From Tubulanus polymorphus (taxonomy: Eukaryota > Animalia > Nemertea), in assembly GCF_964204645.1 (NCBI RefSeq), contig NC_134026.1, positions 22,416,150 to 22,480,149 on the forward strand: a stretch of DNA of 64,000 nt, in the 5' to 3' direction. Below the pieces are notes generated by a model, which was not told the origin of the DNA, searched no databases, and saw nothing but the letters and a program-made list of their open reading frames with translations. Shown here in pieces: positions 22,339 to 33,795 of this stretch. The position numbers and the translations under genes were made by a program. The first letter of the stretch is position 1, and every line of letters begins with the position of its first letter.

Positions 22339-25300
22339 TTAGGAAGGAATATGAGTTATGCCCGATTCTATCTCACGAAGGAATTGCTCGTAAGCTTCAT
22401 CAATTTCATCGTCAATCTCTGATCCATTGTCGCTACAAAAAATAAAATTGACAGCGCTGTTAGTATATCATACATAAAGAAATCAACTCACTGAAACTTG
22501 TCATACCCAGCGTGTGTACTAATCACCGGAAGTTCCGAGTGAGCTTTTTATCTTATTATACCCAGGGTTATTTGAGTTTGATTGAATTAATTGTTGTTCA
22601 TCATAAATCTCTTTGCTTATGACAATTAAATTATCCTTCTCAATGAGTGTCAATCATTGCTCCTGTACTTACTAGAAAATTAAATCGGCTTCCGATATGT
22701 AATCAGGATCCTCTGGCGTTGTCTCGTCATAATCGTAACTTTCGTCATAACCAGCTTGCTCTCTTGTTATTTGTTTACCTTCAGTGTCATAGAATACTGG
22801 ATCCAACTGAATTATGACACAAGCCCAAACATTTTTTCATTCTGTCATTAAATTAAGCTACATGCACAATTTGTAATATACTTCATGTAGTAGTAGTTTT
22901 TTTTAAAGCTTTTCCGCCATTATCTTTTTTAGTTCACACTCTGGTTTTCAATTTTCAATTAAAAATTGATTTCTGCCAATCATTTTGGGACAGAACTATA
23001 GGGAAACTTATCATGTTTAAGCAAAAAATTTAAAAATTTTTACCTGAGTGAAAGGTGGTGCACTGAGGTGTTTGTTGTTTATGAAGCCGTTTGACAGCAC
23101 TGAGCTCTCACTTCTTCCCCAATTGCTGAGTCTTAATGTCAAAACCTGCTGGAGCATATCTTTTAACTTCCTGCAGATGTAAAAAGCACCAGTTAATATA
23201 TAACTGATTGATAATATATAACAAAACTGACACAAGCAAGTCTTGACTAAGTTCATAGAAGTACAAGCCTAAAAAAGTTTTCTTAGGATCGTTTTGCTTG
23301 TATTTGGCAACTGATCTACTGATAATTTAGGAGGTGGTTTGAAGCATAGGCTAAGTCCATATCGACTCAAATTTTGGCCAATAATGATAGCTAATACATA
23401 ATCATGAGTTTAACTAAAGAATCAAGACCAGTACTAACTGATTAGATGTGTATTTATCTCCATATACAGCCTCATGTATCTTTTGAAATAACGGATCGAG
23501 AGATGAATTCGCCCGAGTCACCGAATCCTCCAGAATGGCACCAGTACATTTCAAAACGTTCACTACGCAGCGAAGGTTATTGTTACCATCACAGGTGTAT
23601 AAGAGTAAAATATCTAGAATGTCTTGAAGTGCTTGTCCGAGTATAACTATATGTTCACCTTGAACCTGTAAGTATGAACTCATCAAGATATTAGATCTAC
23701 TAAGCTTACTAACATAAATTCTTGATTGGTACAGATTAAAATGGGTCAGCCGTGCAATATTTTTTCTTTTTGATTATATGATGTACAAAAATTGTATTCA
23801 TTACCATTAAAGTCATTTTTCAACATTACATTACCTTCAAATGCAAAAACACCTCCGCCAGAAACATTGTAAATCCACAAACTCTTTCATTATCTGATAC
23901 TACTAGTTCCTCTTTTTCCATATGTTCTTTATGGATTCTGGAGTATACAAATACATGGGCCTCCTATACACGCTAGTTTTCAAGATAAAATTTACAGACT
24001 GATTTGAAAAAAATATTTATGTACCTTGTCAAAAGACTATCTCTGAAAGATTTGTTATTGATATTCTGCAGTTTTTCACTCAAATAGTTGCACATTCGCG
24101 CGCCGGTGTAGGTAAAATTTGGTTCTGTGATAGCCTGGTGAAAAAACATTTCCCAAAGATAATGCATAAAATCGGAATATTCTACTATTCTATATTTTCA
24201 GAAACTGAAGCAACCACAGATTTTTCAGTATCTACCTGTTCGAAAATAATGTCTATTATTTGTTTCAAAGTTTCTTCTGATTTCATCAAATCATTCAGTT
24301 CAGTAGCCAGGGGGATGAGATAATCATCTAAATTCCCCGGGTTCACCGTCAAGCTGAACACGGCTTCTTTGACGCGATCGACAGCTTCCGGGTACGCTCC
24401 GGAGCTCGGCTCAATCAGGAGATCTGGGACTGTTGTCGTCAGGCGTTCGTAATTGCTAGCAAGTGCGCGCATTTCATCATCGGGAACATGTTTGGAATCA
24501 TCTGATGCAGAATATACAGTCTGAAAGTAAAGTATCTATGAAGATGAACAATTTTGTATTTTCTTTTCCTCAGCAAAGGGCAGAGATCAGAAAATGCAGT
24601 GCATGTTGGAGAAACTAGCTATAATATAACAAAACTACTTTTTTTCTGGACCACCACTGATGATGGCTATAAGTTAATAGCCATTGCTTGTATACTCATT
24701 TACTCAAGTACTTTCCACCTTTTGCTGAAATTATTGCTGAATTTTTTATGTGTTACCAGTACTTCAGTAATGGTGAGATTGGAAATGAAACCTCATATGC
24801 AACTAAACTGATTCGATGAAGACCTATTCGAGGTATGTATGTCGAGAATTAAGCGAAATATCCCACAAAGATCGTGGACAATCAAAAATAAATTGACTTT
24901 AATATGGATTGTGTACGGTACCTCGCCGTTTCTTGGTATAAACTCTGCAGCGGAGACATTCAATGTTGATTTTGCTTCGCTTTCGAACTGTAAAGTATTC
25001 ATATAGCATTGATCATGAGCTAGGGCTTGATTTCTAAACTTACCGATTTCTCGAGTGAATCAGTGAACACGAGGACATTTTGCGCAAGATTTCCATTTGA
25101 AAAGCAACATGGATATATAATGAAGCGATGTGTGATCGCCTGAAACAAATACTTACAGATTGTTGTAAATTGGTAGGTACAAATTCAGCAGCATCTACAT
25201 TTAGTCTGTATTCAGTTTTACTTGCTTCTTCTTGCGAATCAGTATTTTTGTCACCATCTCCTGAAACAAGAATACATGCGATACACCAAGATAAAATGAG

Positions 25301-25773
25301 CCCCCTTACAGAACCCAATTAATATCCTTTACGACTATAACTGCCCTGTATCCTCATTTCAATATCATAATATACATACCGGCTTCTGTTTTTAATTGTG
25401 CCAGTGGTCGCGGTGATTTCAACTTGTCAATCGTAGTTTTGCGAGGTTGTCGAAGTTGGCCACTATTTAGAACAGGACCGTTTATTAGATTTTTCACAAC
25501 CACGTTATGTCCTCTAGCTTCGACATCTAGGCCTATGTCTTCGTCCGGTGCAGCTTCTAATTTAGCACCAGAAGAGTCGTCTGCTGTTGGTTCAACTCTC
25601 ATACCACCTGGATTAGAAAGTTCATGATCTCGATCTTGAGTGTTATGTGGTGATGCGACGCGTCGTCCCCGGCCGCGTCCCCGACCACTGCCGCACGCTG
25701 AAGGCATTTCATCCTGCTGATCGTTCGATGACACACATTCTAACCCATCTCCAGAGCCGACATTCGCCATCAT
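22339..25773 (-). CDS. PAIP1: Polyadenylate-binding protein-interacting protein 1 (PAM2 + MIF4G-like)
   Basis: Exons: 25773-25380, 25260-25157, 24987-24922, 24520-24236, 24134-24025, 23937-23835, 23665-23439, 23170-23044, 22806-22673, 22432-22339. PAM2 motifs are RLNVDAAEFVP and TLNVSAAEFIP. The MIF4G-like region includes EPNFTYTGARMCNYLS, GFTMFLAEVFLHL, LKCTGAILED and LRLSNWGR. The acidic C-terminus is DDEIDEAYEQF. Confidence 0.88.
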
Positions 25774-26766
25774 TCGTTACTTCGATTCGAAATCTACCGC
25801 AATAAACAGCCAGATGCTGCGTTTAAAGCAAACGATCCGATCCTGACCTACGACGCATCAAAATACGGAAATACACTTTCTTTTGATTCGTAATCGACCG
25901 AAGCACCGCCTGGTAGTTGCGCTAATTACCACAAGAGAGCAATGCGGAACTTCGACGCCAGCGGGCCGCTTTGGTGCTCCGTCACGTCCTAGTCTGGCGA
26001 ATGTAGAAAATAAGAAGCGTTCAAGAATGGGTTATTACACAATATTGATGACGATTGTGTTTTGATTAGTGATGCAGTTTGCTAGACAAGAGCATAAGAT
26101 CACCGGGGTATCATAATCACACCACACAGTCTTTCATGGAGCCTGATTTCGAGTCAGAGATTGGCCCTCCCTGGTCGTCACTCGAGACTCATCGACAGCG
26201 GCCGGCGCTCTATTCGTAGTAAGGCCCAACCAACACGACGTAATCACCGATCACTTTCATGTCAGATTTGAGTCCGCTGCCACCGAGCCTATGCCGTGAC
26301 CACGGGTTCGAGTCGCCTGACACTGCGTACCGTGGCTGTTTTGGCCGTGTCTGAACACATTCTTCGGATACGAATTGACAGGTTTTTTTTGTTTTTGAAG
26401 TCAAACCTTAACCTGAAAAAGTGGCACTGGGTCCTCTTGACTAAAAAAAAGAAAATCATTCCACAATCAGAGCGGTGAAAATCAAACAGTCCTCTGCGCT
26501 ACATGAAATTGACGGTACGCTGTCGAATGTCATATCAATGAGACGGAGAGCGAGTCTACTCGCGCTGCTGATTATTTATAATTTTTCGCGTCCGTGGTTG
26601 CAGTACACGGTCGCATTTGTGTCTTTCATTCACTTCTCCCAAGTTCTTTAACGTGTCGTCGGTGTCTCTTCATTGGCTTCGTTGATTTATTATGACCGCC
26701 GGCCGCTTGCCGCTTGCCGCTATTATCTGCGTTGGACTGGTTTGACTACGTAGCAATGTCGACCAT

Positions 26767-26893
26767 TTAGAGCAAGTCATTCATAAGTGATTACTTTTAG
26801 TTGGTGGGGTGGGAACAATTGACAACTATTTCAATGGAAAGCGATGTGAACAACAAATAGAGATTTCTAAGCAAAAAGAAACCACTGTCAATT
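26767..26893 (+). promoter_or_regulatory. Conserved upstream element of NR2E1 copy A
   Basis: It aligns with the reverse complement of 62378-62504, with a 48-nt identical core at 26788-26835. It contains AAGTCA (26774-26779), AACAAT and TGACA/TGTCA motifs, and lies ~230-350 bp upstream of the ATG. Confidence 0.75.
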
Positions 26894-27119
26894 ATTCCGC
26901 ACAGGGCTTCCCTTCTATTATCAGCCATCGCCCAATCGCGCGCCTCCTTTCAAAATGGATATGAGAGCTGTCGACCAATTTTTGGAATGAAACTCGATTA
27001 AAGAACGTCTAGAAGTTCATTGAATCAGATTGGATCAAATTGGCGGTCTGGTGGTTTAGTTTCTGCAAGGAATTGCTATTATGAATTAATGAGACAAAAA
27101 TACTAATCACAGTTAAAGT

Positions 27120-30100
27120 ATGGAATCTCCCCTTAACAAACTACCGCAACCGTCTTCAAGTAAGTAGCATTCAACAAGACCTAGTTATTAACCAAGTTGT
27201 GGGTTAAATCTGACTTAGGTGTCACAATAATTTCATTTCGAATTATTTCTTCACTCCAGAATCTAGGTACTAATCAACATCTGTAAGAGCGGGCTCTAAA
27301 TGCATACGCAGCCACAATAGAAATCGGGAAACGGCTATGTCTCTATTGGGAGTCATGCGATATTTTTGTCGCGTGGTTTATTAGTGAATTAATTGATATA
27401 GTGTTCAGTATAAATGTGTAACCAATTGACACGGCTCACATAAGTTTTTAAACACAAATCGATGCGGCCTTTTGTTTCCTCTGTGGTCAATGTCAGGCGT
27501 AAGTGGTTACGTCTGTTTCCCGAGAGCTGTAAAGTCATTTGAGTTTTGCTACTTGTTTTGCTCTAAACCACAGGTGATTTTTTCGAGTGGTCTACTTCAA
27601 TCTTCGCTCTAATATGCGTTTAATGCATGTAAGTAGTAAAAACTAATTATGGCTAACGTTGCCAGCTCACTTGTGCCACTAGATTTTAAAATTATCGGGA
27701 ATCAAACGTCGGACAGCATTCGTCATACGGATCCGAACAAAATATGAATTTAGATACGACGTGTTTTCCAGGTAGGATTTTGTTAGATGTTCCGTGTAAA
27801 GTCTGCCAAGATCATTCTTCCGGAAAACACTACGGAATATATGCGTGCGATGGGTAAGTGATATAACTCTTAATGATAAGCATCTTAAAGGATAAAACAA
27901 AAAATCTATGTGAGTAAACATTTGTGTTAAACCATGGGCTATATAACCTTTATGACGACTATTCGTTTTATAGCTCATGGTTTAACTTAAATCATAAAGT
28001 TAAATCAGAATTTCTATGTGTTACAAAAAGATGTCTTATACATGCTATCCACATATGTATAAGGCAACGTCTCAAAGATCTACAAAAGAGGGTACTCGAA
28101 ATTTATTCGCGTGAAAGATAAGTGATCCGTCGTTTCTTGTTGAGAAGAAATTCAACAATCTTTGTGTCCGTATGAAACGCTTTGCTTAAAGTGTCCTGTG
28201 TTATTTTTAATCAAGTGGGCAATAACTAAGCACCGGGCAACCAAATCCTCTGAAACGTAGCATACTTCATACACGGGTCCCAATTTATAACGATGTTAAT
28301 AAACTACAATGTAATACGTATTATATAAGATGCAATCAATAGTAACCAGTTTTTTACTACGTATTTCAGATGTGCGGGATTCTTCAAGGTAAGAAAATGA
28401 AATGATTTCTTTCGAGTTCCCAATATTCCAAAACTATGACGTATCCACGAATCCATTAATGTTTTCTTAATAAGTCAACACTCGTTAAAACTTTCAGCGA
28501 TCTATTCGTCGTAATCGTCAGTATGTCTGCAAGTCACGCGGACAAGGAACTTGTTTAGTGGATAAAACTCATCGTAATCAATGCAGAGCGTGTCGTCTGA
28601 CGAAATGCGTGGAGGCTGGAATGAATAAAGAAGGTATAGATTTTAAGCAAATCTTATTATCACTATTCTATTCGATACATTATCATTATTTGCGTATATC
28701 TTAAAAAGGCTCACCTAAGCCACAATAATTCGGTGTTTAGTCGTCAATTAGTTGTAATTATTTTGTTGAAATATATTTTACGATAAATTTGTTCGAATTG
28801 TTTTGTAGCCGTGCAGCACGAGCGCGGCCCGCGACACTCCACGATTCGGCGTCAAGTAGCTATGTATCTCAAGGAGCAATCAGAACTCTCACACGCCGCT
28901 GTCATTCAAACTCCGGTTCCGATCAGACCCATGTACATTCCTCCTCCGACTGTTTCTATGGATCTTCACCTACGCGAGGCAGATTCTAGATTAGCGGGAA
29001 TGAGAATACCGCAATCTTCACCAAACAACATTCAAAATGCTTTTCTTCACCAACCAGTGCCAAAGGTTTGTATTTTTCACCGAGCGTTCTAATTGCAGTT
29101 TTCATAGATATTTATGGATTCGGTTATAAATTTTATTAACACCAGCTTGTAATAATTAGTTCGAATTCTCATTTCCAGTTCCCGACTTTATTTTCCCCGT
29201 CCACCACCCCGGGACCCGAGGTGATTTGTGAAACGGCAGCAAGACTCTTATTCATGAACGTAAAATGGACCAAAAGTATTCCGGCATTCGTCGGTTTACC
29301 GTTGCGAGATCAGACTTCACTGTTAGAAGAAGGTTGGAGGGAACTATTCGTTTTGAGTGCTGCGCAATTCCAGATGCCAATCGATGCTCCACCCTTACTT
29401 ACTGCAGCCGGTAATATATACATCACTCCGTATTCATAATATGTGACATTATGCTATTTTGATAAATTTCGGATTTTAGTTTTTCGATTAAATCCTTTGA
29501 ACTTGTAAAAAAACAGTTTTTCGGATGATTTATCCAATCAAATCATATACAGTTACATAGGGCCCAATTTCTTTTTTACTAAAGACGGGCTTAGGAATAT
29601 TTTCATATCAAGTGAATGAATTTTAAACCTTTTCCAGGCTATAGCACCAACGATTCGCAGCCAACGAAAGTAACTCAATTACTCGCAGAGTTACGGATTT
29701 TTCAAGAAGTAATCGACCAATTTAAAGCGATGAATACCGACCCCACGGAGTATGCCTGCTTAAAAGGAATAGCCTTATTCAAAACAGGTAAATGACATGT
29801 TTTTATTAAACTTGTACAATCTGACCTGACAAGTGGGATATTATCAATAATACGTGCCTGTGCGCTAAGATGTTTTCTGATTTCCGATTTCAAAATCAAA
29901 CGCCCTGTTTCGCTCCCGGCAGGTGTGGTGGGTCTGTAAGGGACACTCAATCAAAAAATCGAACGAAATTTACCAGCCAAATAAATAACAGGGAAAATCC
30001 CCAATTTTAAGATGAAAAAAGAAGATCTTCGACATATTTTGTGATGTCCTATCATCGATTTTCTTCTCTTTTTAGTTTTTCCATCCAGTTCCCCAGCGGA

Positions 30101-30350
30101 TACGACGAAAGATATCACCGACTTGCCCGCTGTAACGTGTCTTCAAGATCAAGCTCAGATCACCCTGAACAAATACATTCAAACGGCGTACCCGACTCAA
30201 CCATTTAGATTCGGTAAACTGCTGCTGCTACTTCCGTCTTTGCGTGCCATCTCAACATCTACGATCGAAGAATTATTTTTCCGTAAAACAATTGGGTCCA
30301 TACCGATTGAAAGACTCATAGTCGACATGTTCAAATCTGGTGATTTTTGA
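27120..30350 (+). CDS. NR2E1: Nuclear receptor tailless/TLX, copy A (8 exons, ~396 aa)
   Basis: Exons: 27120-27159, 27772-27853, 28370-28388, 28498-28633, 28809-29065, 29179-29410, 29638-29787, 30076-30350. The DBD reads [46 protein letters not shown]...[14 protein letters not shown]...AVQHERGPR, and the LBD includes [21 protein letters not shown] and [14 protein letters not shown]. The frame is open throughout. AATAAA at ~30470. Confidence 0.95.
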
Positions 30351-30664
30351 CGATTTGAAATGTTCCCGTTTTCATCAATGATTCGCGATGAAATATCAAT
30401 GTGCTAAAACAATCTGTATACTGTATAGATAAAACGAGTGATTCTAGAAATGTGGAATTATACGAAAATAATAAATTCCCTACGCATATATTATTTATTC
30501 AAAATTCGGATTCATGTCTTTTCGATCGAGTGTCTCTCTTTTCCAAGTTAGTACTCAGCCATCTCAAGTGGTAAAGTCCCCAGCAACAAATTATCGCCTT
30601 CACTTTTGATCCTAAAATCGGGAATTACCCGTCTTATTAAATTTGATTGATTGATTTAGATTTC

Positions 30665-30750
30665 ATTTGGTGTCCCTTACAAACCCATCGCACCAGTTGG
30701 GAATGAAGCAGGGGCTTGATTTTGAAATCGGAAATCGAAGTATAGATATG
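30665..30750. repeat. Dispersed repeat fragment, copy 2
   Basis: Matches 5059-5125. It is preceded by (TTGA)n, consistent with a retroposon 3' end on the minus strand. Confidence 0.55.
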
Positions 30751-33700
30751 GAAGATTCGGAATTAACTTTAGAGATTAATATAATGCTATCATATAAAAT
30801 CATATAATCATATAATCAAATCATATAATGCCCGTGTTTATATTTGTTGGTCGTTTTCCACGTGCAAATAGTGCAAAGGTTTCTTTACAGTTTTTCTCGA
30901 GTAGGTATTGATGTACTGTGTTGTCCGTCTCACGCGTTGACTAGAACTTGAAGAAAGAGGCACATTTTTGGGACGCAAATTATCCAGATGAGAGACTTGC
31001 TCTTATATCCGAAGTGTTAAGAAGTGGAAGTGTAACTGTTGACATCGACGGCGCAGCTCCGATGCGGATGGGTTTCTCCGTCAAGGGGATGCAATTTGTA
31101 CTTCACATCTGGTGCTTTTAAAACAGGATTGAATAGACGGTAATGGGTCTTTGGTGGTTAGGTCTCAAATTCAGGTACCAGTCACATTTGTTTCGGATAT
31201 ATCGTGTAAACAACGACAGAAGTTTAGAATTGTAGCTTTCCGCGGTGTGTGCCCTCGGCTCGATCACAAATCATTTTCACACAGTTTCGAGTTATCCAAC
31301 TATTGTGCGTAATTTGGTCAACAGTCACACAATACGTGATGTTTACACGAACTTCGTGACTACGAATTACGGAAAGATATTGTAGGGTGAAAAGCAAACA
31401 ATCCCGATATTTTCTTTAACTACACACAACTGCCCGATGACTTTCACTTGGTAGCGCGTAGAACGGTTTCTTGTCGGGACAGTGAATGAATTGAATTTCA
31501 TTTGTTGGCTTTGCGCTTCTCCGATTGTCAACAGAAGTGACAGTAGTCACGCATTTAATTGGCGAAGGGCGAGTTGTGAAAATATTTGTCCGTATCCGTA
31601 TATTTAATTGACCCGACACATTTCGACAACTGTCACTCAGTAATTTACTTCGTGTTCCCGTCGAACTTTGTACGCTTCCAATTCACGGTCGTATAATGAG
31701 CATTTTCAGGGGGATAATTTGGTTAAAGATTAGCGTACATTGATGACAATGGCCAGTGTCATACACCCAAGATATCATCTTAAATTCGTCTAAACTGTCG
31801 CTGTCGCGGGCAGAATACGAATAAAAGATGATCTGGTCGGCGAAGTGGGAAAACTTTGTCGTCTGCTTTTCCACGGCCAAACTTCTTTCTAGAAAACAGC
31901 TTGAGATCATTGGAGACCCTGTTTCTGATCCATTGTTTGGGGTGGATTATATAAAAAATGTTACTAAAACGCCTCTAATTACCAGGTACCAAATGAAAAT
32001 AACATTCATCAAACGAACTCATCTCCCTGTCGTATTGGTATGTTCTTAAATGGTCATTTTAGTGGCATCTTTTTGGTTTTAGTGATTAGTTCAATGGGGG
32101 TGAAGAACCCGTTGGGGTTTTCTTATGCTGTGCCTTTGTTGAGCCAGTTGTGAGGAGCTAAACATACCGGTAACGCAATGCGCCTTTATTTAGATATTTC
32201 AGAAAACAGGGTATCAAATTCTATTACTAGGAACGTTTGATGGGTAAAATTCACACATTTTCTGGAGTAATTAACGCAAAACTCGTTTAAAGGATCGGCT
32301 TAATCTTTATGTAAATTTGACTGTGTTTATAAATCCGAATCTCAAACCTAAACTAAAAGCGAAAAGTAAACCCATCCGACTTGGATTGATTTGAGGCCAA
32401 ACACAAGTCTTAGGATTTCGTCTTTCCCGAACAATCGAGGCACTTATCACTTGTGTGAAAGTGACAAACGGTTTTAACGATGACTGTGTTTACATTCTCC
32501 CGGGAAGGAGAATCAAAAGTTATTTCGTTTCTCGTTTGATTTATGTTCTTTAGGGGTTGTATTCATAAATGAAGCATTCGTCTAAACAGCTGTAGATTGT
32601 GGCTTCGTTTCATATTCAATTAGTTAATCTATCGACTGTAAGAGGAAATTTGTACTGAGGTCTTGCATACCACCAGATGGCGCGACCGAGGATTTCAGTC
32701 TGTTTTTTTTTAATCATTTGATCGGGTCGATAAAGGTTTGAAAATAATGCTGATAATTTTAACTTCGCCACCTGAATCGGTATCACGCAAACCGCGTCCC
32801 AACGATCACGGAAATGTACGGACAATTTTCGCCAGTTATCTCGAATTAAAATCTCGGCTTAGTGGTTGGTCGATAGAATCATCTCATACACTAAACAACG
32901 CCAACGTCTAATCGTCTCAAAAGTGTCTGTTTAGAAAATGAAATCAACGTCAATTGAAAGTGATTAGCGCACAATCAAACAGTTCCCCAAAACACGCCAT
33001 GTCGGCAGTTTGACGGAAAGTTGTACTTGAAAGGGAATAGTTTCTTGCACGCGAGGGCTGTCAGACGTGTAATTTTCTCTCAAAGTCTGCGTCAAATATA
33101 AAATCGTAATACAATCGACATATTGTCAAACGTCTTTCGTCGGCTAAATGTTCTGGCCATTTATCTCAAAAAGATTATATCATTCCATGAGCTAATAAAT
33201 ATTACAATCATATTCAATAGTAATACTCCGAATACGAACGAGAAAAATAAATCATGATAATGGTTTCGGCAGCTGTTAGCATAGGTAGTGTTTTGATTTT
33301 TGTTACATTTGCTCCTTTGGACACGACTGTGTACATAATGCGTATATACAGATGGTTAATCTTTTCTTTGAATGGTTTTCAAAACCAGCTGCTTTTTCAG
33401 CATCATGGGAGCTTAGAAAATCAACTATTTACATAGCAATATACACTGTGGCCAGTATGATACGAAATGAAGTGGCATATAATGATTTAGATAGCTCGTT
33501 AATGCGTCAAATTTGACAGGATTTAATGCTTTCGAATTTATTCACCTGTCGATTCATCAGACTGCTGCTGCCTGGCTTATTCACGCAGTTCCAACTAGTT
33601 TTTTTCGGTACACTTTTTGAAAAAAAATTCATTCTTCTTTATTTTATTCGACAAACTCGTGTTATTTACAAAAGACAATTTGAGTGTTACGATACAGAAA

Positions 33701-33795
33701 TAAACATGATATACGATATACAATACATATATTTCGAACACGAAAACAGCATCAAATTGGCGTTTGCACATATAATATTGTATTGCACATATAAT

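Noticed and set aside
26171-26200. Minus-strand cgatgagtc...gacgac resembling a hammerhead ribozyme core
   Set aside because: It lacks the required CUGAUGA and GAAA core, and stems I and III are not evident.
33526-33795. N-terminal ~90 aa of the 330-aa RT ORF as a possible domesticated fusion gene
   Set aside because: It is AT-rich host flank upstream of the TSD, and the RT downstream is frameshifted.
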